Positions 49,664 through 60,501 of a DNA stretch of 64,000 bases are shown here, one piece after another; position 1 is the first letter of the stretch, and every line of letters starts with the position of its first letter. Position numbers and translations under genes: made by a program. Under the pieces are notes generated by a model. That model was not told the origin of the DNA. It saw nothing but the letters and a program-made list of their open reading frames with translations, and searched no databases. Origin of the DNA: Synechococcus sp. (GTDB lineage Bacteria; Cyanobacteriota; Cyanobacteriia; PCC-6307; Cyanobiaceae); the NCBI GenBank assembly GCA_047285305.1, contig JBJBDL010000003.1, positions 2,016,001 to 2,080,000 of the forward strand, given 5' to 3'.

Positions 49664-51233
49664 TCACCAGGTGGACCTGCTGGTCATCGGCGCCGGTGCC
49701 AGCGGTGCCAGCGTGGCCTATGAGGCAACACGACGGGGGCTGAGCGTGGCCCTGCTCGAGGCCGGAGACATCGGCGGTGGCACCAGTTGCCGCAGCACGA
49801 AACTGCTCCATGGCGGGGTGCGCTACCTGGAACTGGCCTTTAAAACTCTGGACGTGGCCCAGCTGAGGCTGGTGCGGGAAGCCCTGCTCGAACGGAGCCA
49901 CTGGTTGGCCCAGGCACCGTTCTTGGCCCAACGACTCGAGCTGGCCCTGCCCACACAACAGCTCTGGGGACAGGCCTACTACCGACTTGGTCTGGGGATT
50001 TACGACGCCCTGGCCGGTCAGCGAAGCATCGGCCACAGCCGACTGCTGTCCCAGCAGCAGATGCGTCAGGCCCTGCCTCTACTGAAGGCGTGTCAGGGCG
50101 GCGTGGCCTACAGCGACGGGCAGTTCGACGATGCACGACTCAACCTGCTGTTGGCCTTCACCGCCGAGCAACGGGGGGCAACCCTGCGCACCCGTTGCCG
50201 GGTGGTGGAGCTGGAGACTGATGGCACGGGCCAGCTCAAGGCCGCCATCAGTGAATCCGCCACGGGCAAACGGGCACGCTGGTGCGCCTCAGCATTTGTA
50301 AATGCCACGGGCATCCGGGCGGATGAGATCCGCCAGATGGCGGAGGCTGATGCCCCCCCAAGGCTGCTCACCAGCCGTGGGGCCCACATCGTGCTGGAGC
50401 AGAACCTCTGCCCCGAAGGACTTGGGCTTCTGGTGCCATCCACCGCGGATGGACGCGTGCTGTTCATGCTCCCCTTCCACGGCCGCACCCTGGTGGGGAC
50501 GACGGATGAAGCCTGCACCAAGGAGAACGCCACATCCCCTTCTCCAGAGGAGGAGGCCTACCTGCTCAACTACGTGCGTGATTGGTTTCCCCAGCTCCAG
50601 CATCCGCAGGTGAGCAGCCGATGGGCGGGAGGACGGCCGCTGCTGAAGCCAGCGGACCAGGCCATGGACAGCAGCCGTGTGGTGCGGGAGCACGAGGTGG
50701 AAACCCTGGCCTGCGGCCTGGTGAGCGTGATGGGGGGCAAGTGGACCACTTGCCGGCCGATGGCTGAAGACACCCTGACCGCGGTGGAACGCCAGCTTGG
50801 GAAGGCGCTGCCCACTCCTGACGCAATGCCCTTGCAAGGTGCAGCGGAGTCGCTGGAGGCCACCCAGCACGGCCTCCAAAACCAGAAACACCAACTCGAA
50901 GCCCTGCTTCCCGACACCGCCCTCAAAGCTGCGCAAGTCGCCCATCTCCAAAGCACCTACGGCTTGGAGGCCGTGGCCTTGATCGAAACCGCGCAGCCCA
51001 GCCGACGCGAACCCCTCAGCCCGGTGATCCCCCTCTGCGGCGCAGAACTGGACCATTCGATTCAGCGGGAACATGCGCGAAGCAGCAGCGATGTGCTGGC
51101 CCGCCGCTGCCGTCTGGCCATGGTGGATTTGAACGAGGCCGAGCGACTTAGGCCCCACGTGGAGGAGCTGCTGGATCAGGCGGGCGTGGCAGCAGGCTCC
51201 ACCTCTCCGATCAGCCACCAGTTGAATCCATAG
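49656..51233 (+). CDS. glpD: FAD-dependent glycerol-3-phosphate dehydrogenase
   Basis: VIGAGASG, GTSCRSTKLLHGGVRYL, DGQFDDAR, GGKWTT. Confidence 0.92.
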   Translation: MADHQVDLLVIGAGASGASVAYEATRRGLSVALLEAGDIGGGTSCRSTKLLHGGVRYLELAFKTLDVAQLRLVREALLERSHWLAQAPFLAQRLELALPTQQLWGQAYYRLGLGIYDALAGQRSIGHSRLLSQQQMRQALPLLKACQGGVAYSDGQFDDARLNLLLAFTAEQRGATLRTRCRVVELETDGTGQLKAAISESATGKRARWCASAFVNATGIRADEIRQMAEADAPPRLLTSRGAHIVLEQNLCPEGLGLLVPSTADGRVLFMLPFHGRTLVGTTDEACTKENATSPSPEEEAYLLNYVRDWFPQLQHPQVSSRWAGGRPLLKPADQAMDSSRVVREHEVETLACGLVSVMGGKWTTCRPMAEDTLTAVERQLGKALPTPDAMPLQGAAESLEATQHGLQNQKHQLEALLPDTALKAAQVAHLQSTYGLEAVALIETAQPSRREPLSPVIPLCGAELDHSIQREHARSSSDVLARRCRLAMVDLNEAERLRPHVEELLDQAGVAAGSTSPISHQLNP

Positions 51234-52837
51234 GGCGGAAGGTTCACGAACCACTCCGCCGCAGCGGGCGGGAATTCACAGCCCCACATCACCTCACGGG
51301 TGCGCTCACCAGCCCACTCCGACAGATCCAAACTGAGCGAGGCTCCGGCGGCGGTGACATTGGCGGCCACGAGTACCGTCATCGCCTTGGTGCAGCGGAG
51401 ATACACCAGCACTCCGGGGTGGGGGCTGTGCAACAACCGGAAGCTTCCATGCCGCAGTGCTGGCAGCAGCCGGCGGCAGGTGAGCATGCGCCGGTGCCAA
51501 TTCAACAGCGACCCCGGCAGCTGCTTCTGCACCTCCACATTCACCACGCGGTAGTCGTAGCCGGGAGCGGTGATCGGTGGCAGCACCAACAGCGGATCGG
51601 GGGCCGTGGAGAAGCCACCGTTGCGGGCCGGCGTCCAGGCCATCGGCGTGCGGTTTGGATCACGGTCCCGCAGACCAGGCCAGTCGCCCATGCCCAGTTC
51701 ATCGCCGTAATAAAGGCAGGGCATCCCTGGAAGGCTGTAGAGGAGCCCATGCAGCAACCGGTTGGAGCGTGGATCGCCATTGAGAAGAGGAGCCAGGCGT
51801 CGGTTGATGCCCCAGTTCAACCAGTGCCCCTGTCCCTGGGGCAGGCCCACCCTGATGGTCTGAATCACGTCATCGCTGATGAGATGACCATCCCCCAACC
51901 AGAGTTCATCGTGATTGCGCAGCGGCAGGGCCCAGCGAGGACCAGATACCGCCTGCTCGGCTTGCATCAGACACTCCCCGAGCTGCTGGGTGCGGCCACT
52001 GGCAATGGCGGCAAACAGATGGGCGGTGAGCACGAAGTTGAACGCTCCATGCAGTTCGTCATCCGCCAGATATGGAGCGGCCTCCTCCACCGGCTGAATC
52101 GCCTCTCCCAGCAAGAGCACATCACGGCCATGGGCATCCACCCGCTCCCGCAATCGCTTGAGGAAAGCGTGGGTCTCCGGCAACCCCTCGCAGCGGGTGC
52201 CCTCTGACTCAAACAAGAACGGAACCGCATCCAAACGGAAGCCATCAACGCCGCGATCCAGCCAGAAGTCGACCACCTCCAGCATCGTGTCCTGCACCCA
52301 GGGGTTCTCGTAATTGAGATCGGGTTGATGACGCAGAAAACGGTGCAGGTAGTACTGCTCGGCAACCGGATCCCACTCCCAGTTGGAAGCCTCGAAGTGC
52401 CGAAACAGAACCGGTGCCTCGGCGTAGCGCTTGGGGTCGTCGCTCCAGACGTACACATCCCGTTCAGGGCTGCCCTTAGGAGCCCAGCGGGCCCGCTGGA
52501 ACCAAGGATGCAGGTCACTGGTGTGGTTCAGCACCAGGTCCAAAATCACCCGCATGCCCTGGCTGTGGGCCGCCGTGAGGAACCGATGGAAGGAGGAGAG
52601 ATCCCCCAGGTCCGGATGGATTCCGGTGAAATCCGTGATGTCGTAGCCCCCGTCCCGCAGGGGGGAGGGATAGATCGGAGTCAACCAGAGGGTGTTAACC
52701 CCCAGCCAACGCAGATAGGGCAACCGCGCCGCAAGCCCCTTGAAATCACCGGTGCCATCGCCATTCCCATCGGAATAGCTGCGAACGATCAGTTGATAGA
52801 TGACAGTCCCTGACCACCACGGAAGCTCTGGGGTCAT
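51176..52837 (-). CDS. treS: Trehalose synthase-like GH13 enzyme
   Basis: SPLRDGGYDI, RFLRHQPDLNY, GFRLDAVP, LRNHDEL, GINRRLAPLL. Confidence 0.78.
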   Translation of the reverse strand: MTPELPWWSGTVIYQLIVRSYSDGNGDGTGDFKGLAARLPYLRWLGVNTLWLTPIYPSPLRDGGYDITDFTGIHPDLGDLSSFHRFLTAAHSQGMRVILDLVLNHTSDLHPWFQRARWAPKGSPERDVYVWSDDPKRYAEAPVLFRHFEASNWEWDPVAEQYYLHRFLRHQPDLNYENPWVQDTMLEVVDFWLDRGVDGFRLDAVPFLFESEGTRCEGLPETHAFLKRLRERVDAHGRDVLLLGEAIQPVEEAAPYLADDELHGAFNFVLTAHLFAAIASGRTQQLGECLMQAEQAVSGPRWALPLRNHDELWLGDGHLISDDVIQTIRVGLPQGQGHWLNWGINRRLAPLLNGDPRSNRLLHGLLYSLPGMPCLYYGDELGMGDWPGLRDRDPNRTPMAWTPARNGGFSTAPDPLLVLPPITAPGYDYRVVNVEVQKQLPGSLLNWHRRMLTCRRLLPALRHGSFRLLHSPHPGVLVYLRCTKAMTVLVAANVTAAGASLSLDLSEWAGERTREVMWGCEFPPAAAEWFVNLPPYGFNWWLIGEVEPAATPA

Positions 52838-52891
52838 CCCCCGGTTGCAGATTCACCACTGCTAGACCCGACTGGCCTGATCGTCAGCCCT

Positions 52892-54271
52892 GTGGCCCTC
52901 ACCCAAACGCAACTGAGCCGGATGAAGGAGCTCGTTGGGGCTGGGCTGACCCGACCCCTGGCCTGGCGCCGAGAGCAATTGGAACGTCTCTCCGCCCTAG
53001 TAGAGGAGCACGAATCGGAGGTGCTCGAGGCCCTCGCCGCCGACCTCGGCAAACCACCCACCGAAGCCTTTTTTGAGCTGGTGGCCCTGCGACAGGAGCT
53101 CAAGCTCACCGGCCGGCAGCTGGAGCGGTGGATGCGTCCGCGTCATGTGGCTGTCCCTCTCTCACTGCGCCCCGGCCAGGCCAAGGTTGTGCCGGAACCA
53201 CTCGGGTGCGTTCTGGTGATCGGACCTTGGAACTATCCCTTTCAACTGACGCTGCGACCCTTGATCAGTGCCCTGGCTGCTGGCAACACGGCCGTGCTCA
53301 AGCCCTCGGAACACGCCCGTGCCATCGCGAATCTGATCGCACGGCTTATCCCCAAGCACTTCGAGCCAGAGGTGGTGCAGGTGGTGCAAGGAGATGGTGC
53401 CGTCGCGGCCAAACTGGTGGCCATGCCCTTCGACCACATCTTTTTCACCGGTGGCGGCAGCATCGGCCGGAAGGTGCTGGCGGGGGCCGCTGCCCACCTC
53501 ATACCGGTGACCCTGGAACTGGGGGGCAAGAGCCCCGCCATAGTTCTGGAGGGGGCCGACCTGACGGTAGGGGCGCGTCGCTTGATCTGGGGCAAGGGGA
53601 TCAATGCCGGCCAGACCTGCATCGCTCCAGACCATCTGCTGGTGCCACCCGCCCTGCGTTCACCGCTGCTGAAGGCGATGGAGGAGGCCCGAACGGAGAT
53701 GTATGGCGCCGATCCCCTCAACTCGAATCAGCTGGGTCAGATCATCAATGAGAGCCAGTTCAATCGGCTGGAGCAGCTGCTGGAGTCCGCCAGAGCGGAT
53801 GGGCGCATCCTGATCGGAGGTGAAATCAGCCGAGAGCAGCGGCGCATCGCCCCCACCGTGATTCGTGTGGATGACCGCAATGATCCGCTGATGGCCGAGG
53901 AACTATTCGGCCCTCTCCTGCCTGTGCTGGTGCTGGACGACCTCACCACAGCCCTTCAGGAGATCCGCCAAGGGCCCAAACCGTTGGCGCTGTATCTATT
54001 CGGCGGCAATGAGTCCCAGCAACAGCAGGTGCTCACCACCACCAGCTCAGGTGGGGTCTGCCTGAACGATGTTGTGATGCAGGCCGGGGTGCCACAACTG
54101 CCCTTCGGTGGCGTCGGCGCCAGCGGGATGGGCAGCTACCACGGTCAAAGCGGCTTCGACACTTTCAGCCACCACAAGGCGGTGCTCAAGCGCCCCTTCC
54201 GCTTTGATTTCAAGCTGCGCTACCCGCCCTACAAGGTGGATCTCAACCTGCTGAAGCGGCTGGCGGGGTAA
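52892..54271 (+). CDS. Aldehyde dehydrogenase (ALDH3-like)
   Basis: [29 protein letters not shown]. Confidence 0.93.
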   Translation: MALTQTQLSRMKELVGAGLTRPLAWRREQLERLSALVEEHESEVLEALAADLGKPPTEAFFELVALRQELKLTGRQLERWMRPRHVAVPLSLRPGQAKVVPEPLGCVLVIGPWNYPFQLTLRPLISALAAGNTAVLKPSEHARAIANLIARLIPKHFEPEVVQVVQGDGAVAAKLVAMPFDHIFFTGGGSIGRKVLAGAAAHLIPVTLELGGKSPAIVLEGADLTVGARRLIWGKGINAGQTCIAPDHLLVPPALRSPLLKAMEEARTEMYGADPLNSNQLGQIINESQFNRLEQLLESARADGRILIGGEISREQRRIAPTVIRVDDRNDPLMAEELFGPLLPVLVLDDLTTALQEIRQGPKPLALYLFGGNESQQQQVLTTTSSGGVCLNDVVMQAGVPQLPFGGVGASGMGSYHGQSGFDTFSHHKAVLKRPFRFDFKLRYPPYKVDLNLLKRLAG

Positions 54272-54369
54272 GGCGCGCGCATCACCAGCACATCCCTGCT
54301 GCAGCAAGTGCTCTGGGGGCTGGCGCTTTACCCCAGGCACCGTATGTTGCGGGCATCTGCCGGAGACGA

Positions 54370-55704
54370 ATGCGCCGTACCGCTCTTGCCGCCCTGCTGC
54401 TGACGGCCTGGTTCCCCCTGTCAGCCACGGCTGCCTCGGTGACGGTGCGATCCGGCGAGACGCTCTCGGATATTGCTTACCGCTACGGCGTGAGTGTTGG
54501 CACCCTGATGCGGATGAATGGCATCCGTAATCCAGACAACCTGCAAGTCGGACAAAGCTTGCAGGTGCCAGGCCCCACCGTCACGACGAGCTCGGGCAGC
54601 CATCGAGTCAAGAGTGGTGAGACGCTCTCGGATATTTCTTACCGCTACGGCGTGAGTGTTGGCACCCTGATGCAGATGAATGGCATCCGTAATCCAGACA
54701 ACCTGCAAGTCGGACAAAGCTTGCAGGTGCCAGGCCCCACCGTCACGACGAGCTCGGGCAGCCATCGAGTCAAGAGTGGTGAGACGCTCTCGGATATTTC
54801 TTACCGCTACGGCGTGAGTGTTGGCACCCTGATGCGGATGAATGGCATCCGTAATCCAGACAACCTGCACGTCGGACAAAGCTTGCAAGTGCTAAGCCCC
54901 ACCGTCACGACGAGCTCGGGCAGCCATCGAGTCAAGAGTGGTGAGACGCTCAGCACCATTGCCAGCCGATACCAAGTCAGCAGTCGCGACCTGATTGCCC
55001 TCAACAACCTGCGCAATGCAAATCACATAAACGTCGATCAGACCCTGCAACTCCCTGGGAACGCAGTGATGCCACGTCCGGCCTTCAAGTCTGTTGCTGT
55101 GCAACCGATCCCGGGAGCTACAGAACACACCGTTGCCAAAGGACAGACCCTCACGCAGATCGCCAAGGCCTACAAGCTGCCGGTAGCCAGCCTGATCCGC
55201 ATCAACCAGCTGAGCGACCCCAACAGAGTGGAAGTAGGCACGCGCCTTTATCTGACGGATCCCTCCTTCCAGAGACCCATCACCGCCAAACCACAGCCTG
55301 CAAAAACGGAACCGTTAGTCACAGCCAGCACATCAGTTGTGACGGTCGAGCCAACAGCTCACTCAAAGTCGAAACCAGTACAAACCAAACCCGTTCAGGC
55401 CAAAAAACCGCTGGTCAAGGCCAAGTCGGTCGAGGCCGCCAAGCCCAAGCAGACCCTGGCCAAAACGGCTAAGTGGCGCACCTATGGCCCGCTCCAGGTG
55501 GACTGGGGCAACTGGCAAGCCATGGGTGGCAGTCAAGTGGTGCCCACCCTCAATGCCCAGGGGCAGGCTCTTTACATAGCTGTGAACTGTCCCGCGAGAA
55601 AGATCAATGCCACCGATGCCAATGGGAGCTGGAAAACCTGGGAGGCGCCTAAGAAGCGCTTCGAAAAAGACCTGGTGGAGGACCGTTGTCAGGTCAAGGC
55701 CTGA
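54370..55704 (+). CDS. Exported LysM peptidoglycan-binding protein with five LysM domains
   Basis: Signal peptide, V.SGETLS.I..RY repeats, Lys/Pro-rich linker. Confidence 0.92.
   Translation: MRRTALAALLLTAWFPLSATAASVTVRSGETLSDIAYRYGVSVGTLMRMNGIRNPDNLQVGQSLQVPGPTVTTSSGSHRVKSGETLSDISYRYGVSVGTLMQMNGIRNPDNLQVGQSLQVPGPTVTTSSGSHRVKSGETLSDISYRYGVSVGTLMRMNGIRNPDNLHVGQSLQVLSPTVTTSSGSHRVKSGETLSTIASRYQVSSRDLIALNNLRNANHINVDQTLQLPGNAVMPRPAFKSVAVQPIPGATEHTVAKGQTLTQIAKAYKLPVASLIRINQLSDPNRVEVGTRLYLTDPSFQRPITAKPQPAKTEPLVTASTSVVTVEPTAHSKSKPVQTKPVQAKKPLVKAKSVEAAKPKQTLAKTAKWRTYGPLQVDWGNWQAMGGSQVVPTLNAQGQALYIAVNCPARKINATDANGSWKTWEAPKKRFEKDLVEDRCQVKA
54457..54951 (+). repeat. Three near-identical 162-bp intragenic tandem repeats
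   Basis: GAGACGCTC recurs at 54457, 54619, 54781 and 54943 (period 162). Confidence 0.95.
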
Positions 55705-55710
55705 TCTGAA

Positions 55711-57192
55711 TCAGGCGGCGTAATCGAGCGGCCAGGGGGAATCCAGGAATCTCCGGCCGCTTTCGCGGAGATAAAGCCGCTGAGCACCGTCGTTGCTTTC
55801 CTGGATCAACTCCTCTTGCACGAGCCGACGGGCCAACCAGGTCCAGCGGTCATGGCGCCCGGGTTCATGCAAAGCCAAGTGCTCTCCAAGCCGACGCATC
55901 TCCGTGCCGTCCTGCTCGGCCAGATGGGCCAGGAGCGTTTCCACCTGAGCTGACCAGTCGCGGCGTTTGGGGGAGTCCACGCAGCGATCGCAGCGACCAC
56001 AGGGACCCACCAGCTCGCCGACAGCCAGCAGCAACGCCTGTTCACGGCACATTTCACCCTCAGCGACGGCCTCCATGCGACGCAGCTGCTGCTGTGCCAG
56101 GTCCAGACGGCGACGGTCCTCAAAGGCATCGCTGCCCCGGGCCGAGGCCCGCATGGCCCAGCCCAGGCTGGTGCGATCACCCGGCGAAAACAGCACCTGG
56201 CAATGGGCCGGATTGCCGTCTCTGCCGGCACGTCCCGATTCCTGCAGATAGCCCTCAGGTGTGGCAGGTAGATCGAGATGAAGCACCAAGCCCACATCGC
56301 CACGGTCAACGCCCATGCCGAAGGCCACAGTCGCCACCAGAACGGGCCGCTCGTGCTGAAGAAACAGCTTCAGAGCCTGCTGGCGGGTCTCCGGATCCAG
56401 ACCGGCGTGATACGGCGTTGCGGCAACCCCTTGGTCAGCAAGACGTTCCGCCCACTGCTCCACCGAACGACGGGTACGGGCATAAATCAGCGCAGCACCA
56501 CGGGACATCTCCAGTGCCTCCAATACTTGCGGCATGGGGTCCCTGGGGCGCCGCTGCATCGTGTAGTGCAGGTTGTCCCGGCGGGCCGAACTCACCTGCA
56601 CGAGCGGGCGACGCAGATCCAGCAAGCGAATGATGTCGGCCCGAACCCTTGGGGCTGCCGTCGCGCTGAGGGCCAGGATCGGCACTCCCGGGCAGAGGCT
56701 GCGGATCTGACCCAGGCGGCGGTAATCGGGGCGAAAGTCATGCCCCCAGGCACTGATGCAATGGGCTTCATCCACCGCCAGGGCCACCAGTCGGCCCTCC
56801 GTGGCATGACGCTCCAGCATCAGCCGGGTCTGCTCACCCTGAAGTCTTTCCGGCGCGATGTAGAGGAGACGCAGCGTGGCGTCCTGCAGCTGCTGCAGGG
56901 CCTGCTGTCGTCGAGCTGGCTCGAGTCCGGCATGCAGGCAGGCCGCAACGATTCCTCGTCGCTGCAGGGCCATCACCTGGTCCTCCATCAGCGCCACCAA
57001 CGGTGAGATCACCACCACCAAGCCCTCGCGCACCAGGGCCGGCAGCTGATAGCAGAGCGACTTACCTCCACCGGTGGGCAGCACCGCCAACGCGTCCCTG
57101 CCAGCAAGCACAGCATCCACCACGGGCCGTTGCCCGGGGCGGAAGCCATCCCAGCCGAAGTGGGTCTGCAGTGCACGCTCGAGCGAAGCCAG
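55711..57192 (-). CDS. recQ: ATP-dependent DNA helicase RecQ family; start uncertain
   Basis: PTGGGKSLCYQLP, DEAHCIS.WGHDFRP, ATVAFGMG, QESGRAGRDG; conserved HFGWDGFRPGQ lies upstream of the first canonical start at 57123. Confidence 0.9.
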   Translation of the reverse strand: MASLERALQTHFGWDGFRPGQRPVVDAVLAGRDALAVLPTGGGKSLCYQLPALVREGLVVVISPLVALMEDQVMALQRRGIVAACLHAGLEPARRQQALQQLQDATLRLLYIAPERLQGEQTRLMLERHATEGRLVALAVDEAHCISAWGHDFRPDYRRLGQIRSLCPGVPILALSATAAPRVRADIIRLLDLRRPLVQVSSARRDNLHYTMQRRPRDPMPQVLEALEMSRGAALIYARTRRSVEQWAERLADQGVAATPYHAGLDPETRQQALKLFLQHERPVLVATVAFGMGVDRGDVGLVLHLDLPATPEGYLQESGRAGRDGNPAHCQVLFSPGDRTSLGWAMRASARGSDAFEDRRRLDLAQQQLRRMEAVAEGEMCREQALLLAVGELVGPCGRCDRCVDSPKRRDWSAQVETLLAHLAEQDGTEMRRLGEHLALHEPGRHDRWTWLARRLVQEELIQESNDGAQRLYLRESGRRFLDSPWPLDYAA

Positions 57193-57240
57193 AACACACC
57201 AGATGTGGAGGCTTCAGATTATCGGGCACAAGATCTGGAG

Positions 57241-58344
57241 TCAGGCCAGCGGTGGCGGATCCAATTGATCGGGGGACTCCTCCACCAGCTGGAGCCGCAC
57301 CCGCTTTCCACCCGCGAGCTCTCCCAACGACACCCGCATGGTGGCGCCGCTGAGGGTCTGCAGAGCATTCAGCACATCGCGCAGATAGGGCGTGCTGCTT
57401 CCGCTTTCAACCCAGAGCCGCTCCTGAAGCCCCCCCAAGCGCCGCCAGGAGGTGTGCAGCTTCAGCACCGCCGACTCAAGGGCCTGGGCCTGGCCCACCG
57501 CATCGGCCAGCAGACCAAGGGCATCCAGGCGCTGGGCCTCCTGCATAGCGCGGTCCAGGTCCAGTTCCCCCTGCTGGAAAGCCCGCACGGCAACACCCGA
57601 CTCGGTTGCCTTGGTAATCCAGCGCGCTGTACTGGTGACGTCCTTGATCCGGTCGAGTTCGGGCTCATCGCGGAGCACCTTGCGCAGATCTTCCTGCTGC
57701 GGCTCAGGAAGCTTGGCCAATTCACGCACCAGAGGGGCCACAGCACGGGGTGGAAGAAGGTTCTCTTGAGTGCGCTGACGAATTTCCTCCGGCAGCAAAG
57801 GGCTGGTGGCCGCCGTGAATTCATCCGTGAGGCGGCGCACCTGCTTGCGCGTGATTTCCTGCCCCTCGTTGGCGGCTTCGGAAATCATCAGCTGCACTTC
57901 GGGAACCGCCTGAGCCGTTTCCATGAAGGCCCGCTTGGAGAACCGATTGACGCTGCTCTCTTCCAGGGTGCCGTCGCTGAGCATGCTGTCGGCGGATTCC
58001 GCCAGTTGAATCAAGCCATAGGCGCGGGTCTTGCTGATTTCCCGCTCCCGCAACCACTGCAGAAATCCAGCGCCTCGGGCTTCACCGCCTCGCTTTTCCT
58101 TGTCCCTAACAGCGCGGAGGATGCGACCGCGCCAGATCTCGGTCTGGAGATCAAAGCGGTCGCAGACGGCCCAGGCCTGTTCCAGCCGAGCCAGAAATTC
58201 CATCGTGCCGATGTCGTCCTGCTCCGGGTCTGGCAAATCCAGCTGAAGCAGCGACGGATCTGGATCAAGGGCGATGGAACTGGTCAAAGGGACGCCGACG
58301 ACGAAGGGACGACATTCTGTGACGCAGCGGTCATCATCATCCAT
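57241..58344 (-). CDS. Conserved cyanobacterial hypothetical protein
   Basis: 367 aa helical ORF with host-like codon usage. Confidence 0.75.
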   Translation of the reverse strand: MDDDDRCVTECRPFVVGVPLTSSIALDPDPSLLQLDLPDPEQDDIGTMEFLARLEQAWAVCDRFDLQTEIWRGRILRAVRDKEKRGGEARGAGFLQWLREREISKTRAYGLIQLAESADSMLSDGTLEESSVNRFSKRAFMETAQAVPEVQLMISEAANEGQEITRKQVRRLTDEFTAATSPLLPEEIRQRTQENLLPPRAVAPLVRELAKLPEPQQEDLRKVLRDEPELDRIKDVTSTARWITKATESGVAVRAFQQGELDLDRAMQEAQRLDALGLLADAVGQAQALESAVLKLHTSWRRLGGLQERLWVESGSSTPYLRDVLNALQTLSGATMRVSLGELAGGKRVRLQLVEESPDQLDPPPLA

Positions 58345-58385
58345 TCCACGAGATACGCTCCGATTGCATCTCCTTATGCCTAGCG

Positions 58386-58595
58386 ATGGCGATCACCCGC
58401 GGCGCCAAGGTGCGCATCAAGCGTCCTGAGTCCTACTGGTTCAACGAAGTTGGCACCGTTGCCTCCATCGACACCTCGGGAATCCGCTACCCCGTTGTCG
58501 TTCGCTTCGAAAAGGTCAACTACAGCGGCCTGCAGGGCGTTGACGGTGGCATCAATACCAACAATTTCGCTGAAGCGGAACTCGAGCCTGCCTGA
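58386..58595 (+). CDS. psaE: Photosystem I subunit IV
   Basis: [14 protein letters not shown]...[12 protein letters not shown]...TNNFA. Confidence 0.98.
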   Translation: MAITRGAKVRIKRPESYWFNEVGTVASIDTSGIRYPVVVRFEKVNYSGLQGVDGGINTNNFAEAELEPA

Positions 58596-58600
58596 GGCCG

Positions 58601-59437
58601 TTGCCTGAACTGCCCGAAGTCGAGACGGTCCGTCGGGGACTGGCAGACCGTCTTGTTGACTTCAAAATTGAGCAGGTTGAAGTCTGCAGACCAAGGGCTA
58701 TTGCAAGTCCTGGATGTCCCGAGGAATTTGTTGCTGGCCTCTGCGGCAAGACTGTGGGGCAGTGGCAGCGAAGAGGGAAATATCTAATGGCAGCCCTCGA
58801 GCACGAAGGCGGTGTTTGGGGTGTTCATCTGCGAATGACCGGCCAATTTCAATGGCATGAGCAGCCCTCAGAACCGTGCAAACACACCCGTGTTCGCCTC
58901 TGGAACTCGAAAGAGGAGGAGTTGCGCTTTGTGGATGTGCGCAGCTTCGGAGAGATGTGGTGGGTGCCTCCTGGACAGGCGATTGAAGAGGTGATTACAG
59001 GCTTGACGCGACTCGGCCCTGAACCCTTCAGCGCCGACTTCTCCGCCAGCTATTTGAAGCAAAAACTCAAGGGCAGCAGCCGACCGATCAAAACAGCGCT
59101 GTTGGACCAAGCCCTGGTGGCCGGAGCGGGCAACATCTACGCGGACGAATCCCTTTTCGCATCAGGCATCGCCCCCTTCACGCCCGCAGGGCAGCTGAAG
59201 CTCAAACAACTGGAGAGGTTGCGCGAGGCCTTGGTGAATGTTCTGACCATCAGCATTGGAGCCGGTGGCACCACCTTCAGTGATTTCCGCGATCTCGAGG
59301 GGGTGAATGGCAACTACGGCGGCCAGGCCTGGGTCTACCGACGTAGGGGAGAACCCTGCCGCAGCTGTGGAACGCCAATACAAAGGGAGAAGCTGTCGGG
59401 CCGAAGCACCCACTGGTGCCCGACCTGTCAAAGCTGA
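58601..59437 (+). CDS. mutM: Formamidopyrimidine-DNA glycosylase
   Basis: PELPEVE, RRGKYL, HLRMTG, GNIYADE, C-terminal zinc finger. Confidence 0.97.
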   Translation: MPELPEVETVRRGLADRLVDFKIEQVEVCRPRAIASPGCPEEFVAGLCGKTVGQWQRRGKYLMAALEHEGGVWGVHLRMTGQFQWHEQPSEPCKHTRVRLWNSKEEELRFVDVRSFGEMWWVPPGQAIEEVITGLTRLGPEPFSADFSASYLKQKLKGSSRPIKTALLDQALVAGAGNIYADESLFASGIAPFTPAGQLKLKQLERLREALVNVLTISIGAGGTTFSDFRDLEGVNGNYGGQAWVYRRRGEPCRSCGTPIQREKLSGRSTHWCPTCQS

Positions 59438-60501
59438 TAAGGCAGCGGAAGCGCAGAGAGAACCTCCCGATAGGGAGGACGAAGCACGCCGAATTCGGTG
59501 ATGAAACCTGTCACCAGATGAGCCGGAGTGATGTCGAAGGCAGGGTTCCAGGCCTGGGCCCCGGGAGCCGCGACTTCCACTCCCCTTACGTGAGTGATCT
59601 CCTCTGCATCGCGTTGCTCAATCGTGATCGTGTCCCCATCAACCGTCGCTCGATCAATGCTGCTGCCAGGAGCGCAGACATAAAAGGGAATGCCATGGGC
59701 TCGGGCCACAAGCGCCAGGTTGTAAGTGCCGATCTTGTTTGCAAAATCGCCATTGGCAGCAACACGATCACAGCCCACCATCACGGCATCCACCTCACCC
59801 CGGCGCATCAATAATCCACTGGCTCCATCAACAATCACGGTGCAGGGAACACCGAGACAACCCAATTCCCAGGCAGAGAGAGCAGCCCCTTGCAAGCGTG
59901 GACGCGTTTCATCCAGCCAGGCATGACGGAGCAGGCCAAGGGAATGGGCGGCTGCAATCACACCAAGAGCGGTTCCAACGCCTCCAGTAGCGATCGCACC
60001 CGTGTGGCAATGGTGCAAGACCCTGCAGCCCTGAGCCAACAGCGAAACGCCATGATCTACCAGCCGCTGGGTCAGCAGACAATCCTCATGCTGAAGCGCA
60101 GCGGCCACACCGGCGAGCGCTTCAGCATCAACTGGAGCGGCGGAACCCATGGCCGCCTGCATCCGGCTGAGAGCCCAGCCGAGGTTTACGGCAGTAGGCC
60201 GTGATGCACGCAGGCCTCGGATGGCAGTAGGGAGGTCATCACCAGAGCGTGCAGCCAGAACAACCCCCCAGGCCGCCGCGATACCGATCGCGGGTGCACC
60301 GCGCACAGCCATGGAGGAAATCGCCTGAGCAACCTCCTCCCATCGGTGTAATTGCATGAAGACCACGGCAGCGGGTAGTTGTCGCTGGTCCAGCAACTCC
60401 AGGTGATCACCGCTCCATCGGCAACTAGGGGGAAGCGTCAATACACGTGGGCCTCTGTGTCCTGTATAGAAGACGGAGGGATAAGCGGATCGTGACCGCA
60501 A
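59428..60501 (-). CDS. mtnA: S-methyl-5-thioribose-1-phosphate isomerase
   Basis: LLDQRQLP, VRGAPAIG, SRPTAVNL, DETRP.LQG, ANKIGT, NPAFDITP; true start probably near 60441. Confidence 0.93.
   Translation of the reverse strand: MRSRSAYPSVFYTGHRGPRVLTLPPSCRWSGDHLELLDQRQLPAAVVFMQLHRWEEVAQAISSMAVRGAPAIGIAAAWGVVLAARSGDDLPTAIRGLRASRPTAVNLGWALSRMQAAMGSAAPVDAEALAGVAAALQHEDCLLTQRLVDHGVSLLAQGCRVLHHCHTGAIATGGVGTALGVIAAAHSLGLLRHAWLDETRPRLQGAALSAWELGCLGVPCTVIVDGASGLLMRRGEVDAVMVGCDRVAANGDFANKIGTYNLALVARAHGIPFYVCAPGSSIDRATVDGDTITIEQRDAEEITHVRGVEVAAPGAQAWNPAFDITPAHLVTGFITEFGVLRPPYREVLSALPLPYQL

Noticed and set aside
51176..51233. 58-bp convergent overlap of glpD and treS
   Set aside because: Short 3' overlaps are common in compact picocyanobacterial genomes; nothing else unusual.
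57130..58383. Long antisense ORFs (also 51-971, 6671-7675, 29387-30322, 34290-35336, 50289-51254)
   Set aside because: Shadow frames of well-supported genes on the opposite strand, expected with GC-rich codon usage; no motifs.
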